Assembly: GCA_046348775.1 (NCBI GenBank)
Contig: JAXMDO010000004.1
Span: 1,832-65,831 of the forward strand
Length of the DNA stretch: 64,000 nucleotides
Direction: 5' to 3'
Origin: Rhodospirillales bacterium
GTDB lineage: Bacteria; Pseudomonadota; Alphaproteobacteria; Rhodospirillales; Defluviicoccaceae
A program made the translations under genes and the position numbers. Numbering within the stretch: the stretch's first letter is position 1; each line of letters starts with the position of its first letter. Under the pieces are notes generated by a model that ran no database searches, was not told the DNA's origin, and saw only the letters and a program-made list of their open reading frames with translations. Shown here in pieces: positions 62,197-64,000 of the stretch.

Positions 62197-64000
62197 ATGC
62201 CGGAAGCCGGGGGAACGAAAGAGACTTTAGCGCCAAGCCCGGCGCGCGACCTGATCTTCGTGAGCTACAGCCACCGCGACAAGCTTCACCTGGAAGACTT
62301 TTTGCTGGTGGGAAAGCCCTATTTCGCGCCCGACCGGCTGGTCGTGTGGTCCGATCGGGAGATCCGAACAGGATACAAGTGGCTGCCGGCGATTGAAGAG
62401 GCGCTGGCTCGCGCTCGCTTGAGCATCTTACTGATAAGCCCTCACTTTTTCGCCTCCTCGTTCATTCAAGATAGCGAGCTGCCGCCCATCTTTAGTGCGG
62501 CGGATCAGGGCGCCTGCGCCGTAATTCCCATCCATGTCAGCGCGTCCGGCTATCGACGTACGCGCCTTTGCGATTACCAGTCTCCCCACGATCCAGCCCG
62601 TCCCCTCGATCTCATCTCGCCGAAGTCGAGACGAAATCCCATCTGGGTGAGGATCTGGGACAAAATCAGGGCCGAGGCCGAGGCGGCGTGGGGGGCGGAT
62701 TTCGACCGGGTAGCACCCGCTGTTGCCACCTATTCAGCGCCGGTCGCACCGCTTATGGAGGCCGACCGCTTCGGCCCTTTGCACGGCGTGCCCGACCACA
62801 AGCCTCATTTTCTCGCCCGCGATGAGCTGGAGCCGCTGGTGGCGGCACTCCTCGGCTCGACCACCGGTGCGGTGGGGTTGATAGGCGCGCCGATCGGCCT
62901 GCACGGCATGGGCGGCATCGGCAAGACCGAACTGGCCATCGCCCTCTGCCACGACGCTCGCGTCTGTCGCGCTTTCCCGGATGGCCTCTATTGGCTCACC
63001 CTCGGGCAAAGTCCCGACCCGCTGCGCCTTCTCTCCGACCTCGCCGCGTTGTCCGGCGAGACCCCCGCCTTCGCCAGTGTCGTCCAGGCCCAGGAGGCCC
63101 TGCGCCAGCGTTTTCGCGACCGGGCGGTCCTCCTCGTTATCGATGACCTGTGGCGGCTTTCGGACGCTCGCGACCTCGCCGTGCTCGGTCCAAAAAGCCG
63201 GATGCTGATTACGACGCGCGATGCCAGCCTGCTCACGGCACTCGCCGCGCGGGAGATCTCGCTTGGCGTGCTCGGCCTGGATCTGTCGCTCAGGCTGCTC
63301 GGCAAGTGGAGCGGGCAGTCGCCGCCTCTGCCCGAAGCCGCTGGCGCCGTTGCCGAAGAGTGCGGCCGACTGCCGCTGGCGCTCGCCCTCGCCGGCGCCC
63401 GCGTCCACGACGGGGCGTCATGGGAGCAGGTCGTGGCGGCGTTGAAGGAGGGCGATCTCGAGTTCCTTGATCATCCGCACGGCAGCGTCCTCAAGGCGCT
63501 CCGGATGAGCGTCGCCGCCCTGCCGCCCGACAACGCGGCGCGTTACGGCGAACTGGCGGTATTCCCGGAGGACGTGCCGGTGCCGGTGGCCACCGTCGCC
63601 CGGCTGTGGGCGCACACCGGTGGTCTCGCACCGCGTGACACCGGCCGGCTGCTCGACGATCTCGCCCGCACGAGCCTGCTGTCGCGCACGACCGATCAGG
63701 CCGGTCGCCCGGCCCTCAGCTTCCACGACCTGCAGCGGGATTTCCTCAAGCTCGATGCGGCCGACCTTCCGCAGTTCCACCGCCGCCTCCTCGACGCGCA
63801 TCGCCCGGCGGCCGGCTGGGCCGATCTTCCGTCCGATGAGCCTTACCTCTGGACCTGGCTCGCCTGGCATCTCGCCGAGGCCGAACAAGAAACCGAGCTG
63901 AAAGCTCTATTGATGGATCCGGCTTGGCTCAAGGCGAAGCTGGCCAACACCGACATCAACGCTCTCATCGCCGATTATAATTACTTGCCGGCCGACGAAG
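62197..64000 (+). CDS. TIR-domain / NB-ARC (APAF-1-like STAND NTPase) fusion protein, 5' 601 codons (continues beyond the window end)
   Basis: Hand translation from the ATG at 62197 shows no stop through 64000.
- TIR block: DLIFVSYSHRD...VVWSDREIRTGYKW...RLSILLISPHFFASSFIQDSEL.
- NB-ARC motifs: P-loop GMGGIGKT (62905-62928), Walker B LLVIDDLW (63130-63153), MLITTRD, GRLPLALALAG (63364-63396) and MHD-like FHDL (63721-63732).
- APAF-1-type helical region: LWTWLAWHLAEAE...DINALIADY.
It is absent from the supplied ORF track because it has no in-window stop. Confidence 0.85.
   Translation, partial: MPEAGGTKETLAPSPARDLIFVSYSHRDKLHLEDFLLVGKPYFAPDRLVVWSDREIRTGYKWLPAIEEALARARLSILLISPHFFASSFIQDSELPPIFSAADQGACAVIPIHVSASGYRRTRLCDYQSPHDPARPLDLISPKSRRNPIWVRIWDKIRAEAEAAWGADFDRVAPAVATYSAPVAPLMEADRFGPLHGVPDHKPHFLARDELEPLVAALLGSTTGAVGLIGAPIGLHGMGGIGKTELAIALCHDARVCRAFPDGLYWLTLGQSPDPLRLLSDLAALSGETPAFASVVQAQEALRQRFRDRAVLLVIDDLWRLSDARDLAVLGPKSRMLITTRDASLLTALAAREISLGVLGLDLSLRLLGKWSGQSPPLPEAAGAVAEECGRLPLALALAGARVHDGASWEQVVAALKEGDLEFLDHPHGSVLKALRMSVAALPPDNAARYGELAVFPEDVPVPVATVARLWAHTGGLAPRDTGRLLDDLARTSLLSRTTDQAGRPALSFHDLQRDFLKLDAADLPQFHRRLLDAHRPAAGWADLPSDEPYLWTWLAWHLAEAEQETELKALLMDPAWLKAKLANTDINALIADYNYLPADE

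Noticed and set aside
59201-62236. 1011-aa ORF on the minus strand
   Set aside because: - It is exactly antisense to the FAD/Fe-S lactate dehydrogenase gene, whose plus-strand product has many recognisable motifs.
- Its translation is Arg/Gly/Ala/Pro-rich with no motifs.
- It is a typical high-GC shadow ORF.

Overview
High-GC chromosomal segment. My hand counts on typical 60-nt lines give about 65-73% GC. Gene content and synteny look alphaproteobacterial, but I cannot assign a genus without a search. The window is mostly housekeeping. In order it contains:
- a partial rpsD and a 3-gene glycosyltransferase cluster;
- the branched-chain amino-acid ABC importer livHMGF-(small membrane ORF)-livK;
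- an MsbA-like ABC exporter start/stop-coupled to a hotdog thioesterase, followed by a GGDEF cyclase;
- a complete contiguous Pho block, phoR-pstSCAB-phoU-phoB;
- a LuxR-type regulator and a DUF2076-like protein;
- dnaE-lolD-lolC-proS on the minus strand, then a TauE/SafE permease;
- the conserved rpsB-tsf-pyrH-frr-uppS-cdsA-dxr-rseP-bamA-skp block, which here runs into sodC-fabZ-(truncated lpxI)-hemerythrin instead of the usual lpxD-fabZ-lpxA-lpxI-lpxB;
- guaB and guaA, with two tandem vapBC toxin-antitoxin modules in a lower-GC islet after guaA;
- pirin, ilvA, tRNA-Arg(CCG), a DJ-1/PfpI protein, a UPF0126 membrane protein, a DUF808 protein, and lctP plus an FAD/Fe-S lactate dehydrogenase.

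The one strong candidate for a novel system is at the extreme right edge. A reading frame is open from 62197 to the window end. It is absent from the supplied ORF track because it has no stop codon inside the window. It encodes a TIR domain fused to an NB-ARC/APAF-1-type STAND NTPase, which is the architecture of plant TNL immune receptors. In bacteria this architecture is typical of predicted immune sensors that remain largely uncharacterised.

I saw no CRISPR array, rRNA, transposase or integrase. All product calls rest on my recognition of motifs in the translations, since no database search was possible. Start codons are often uncertain.
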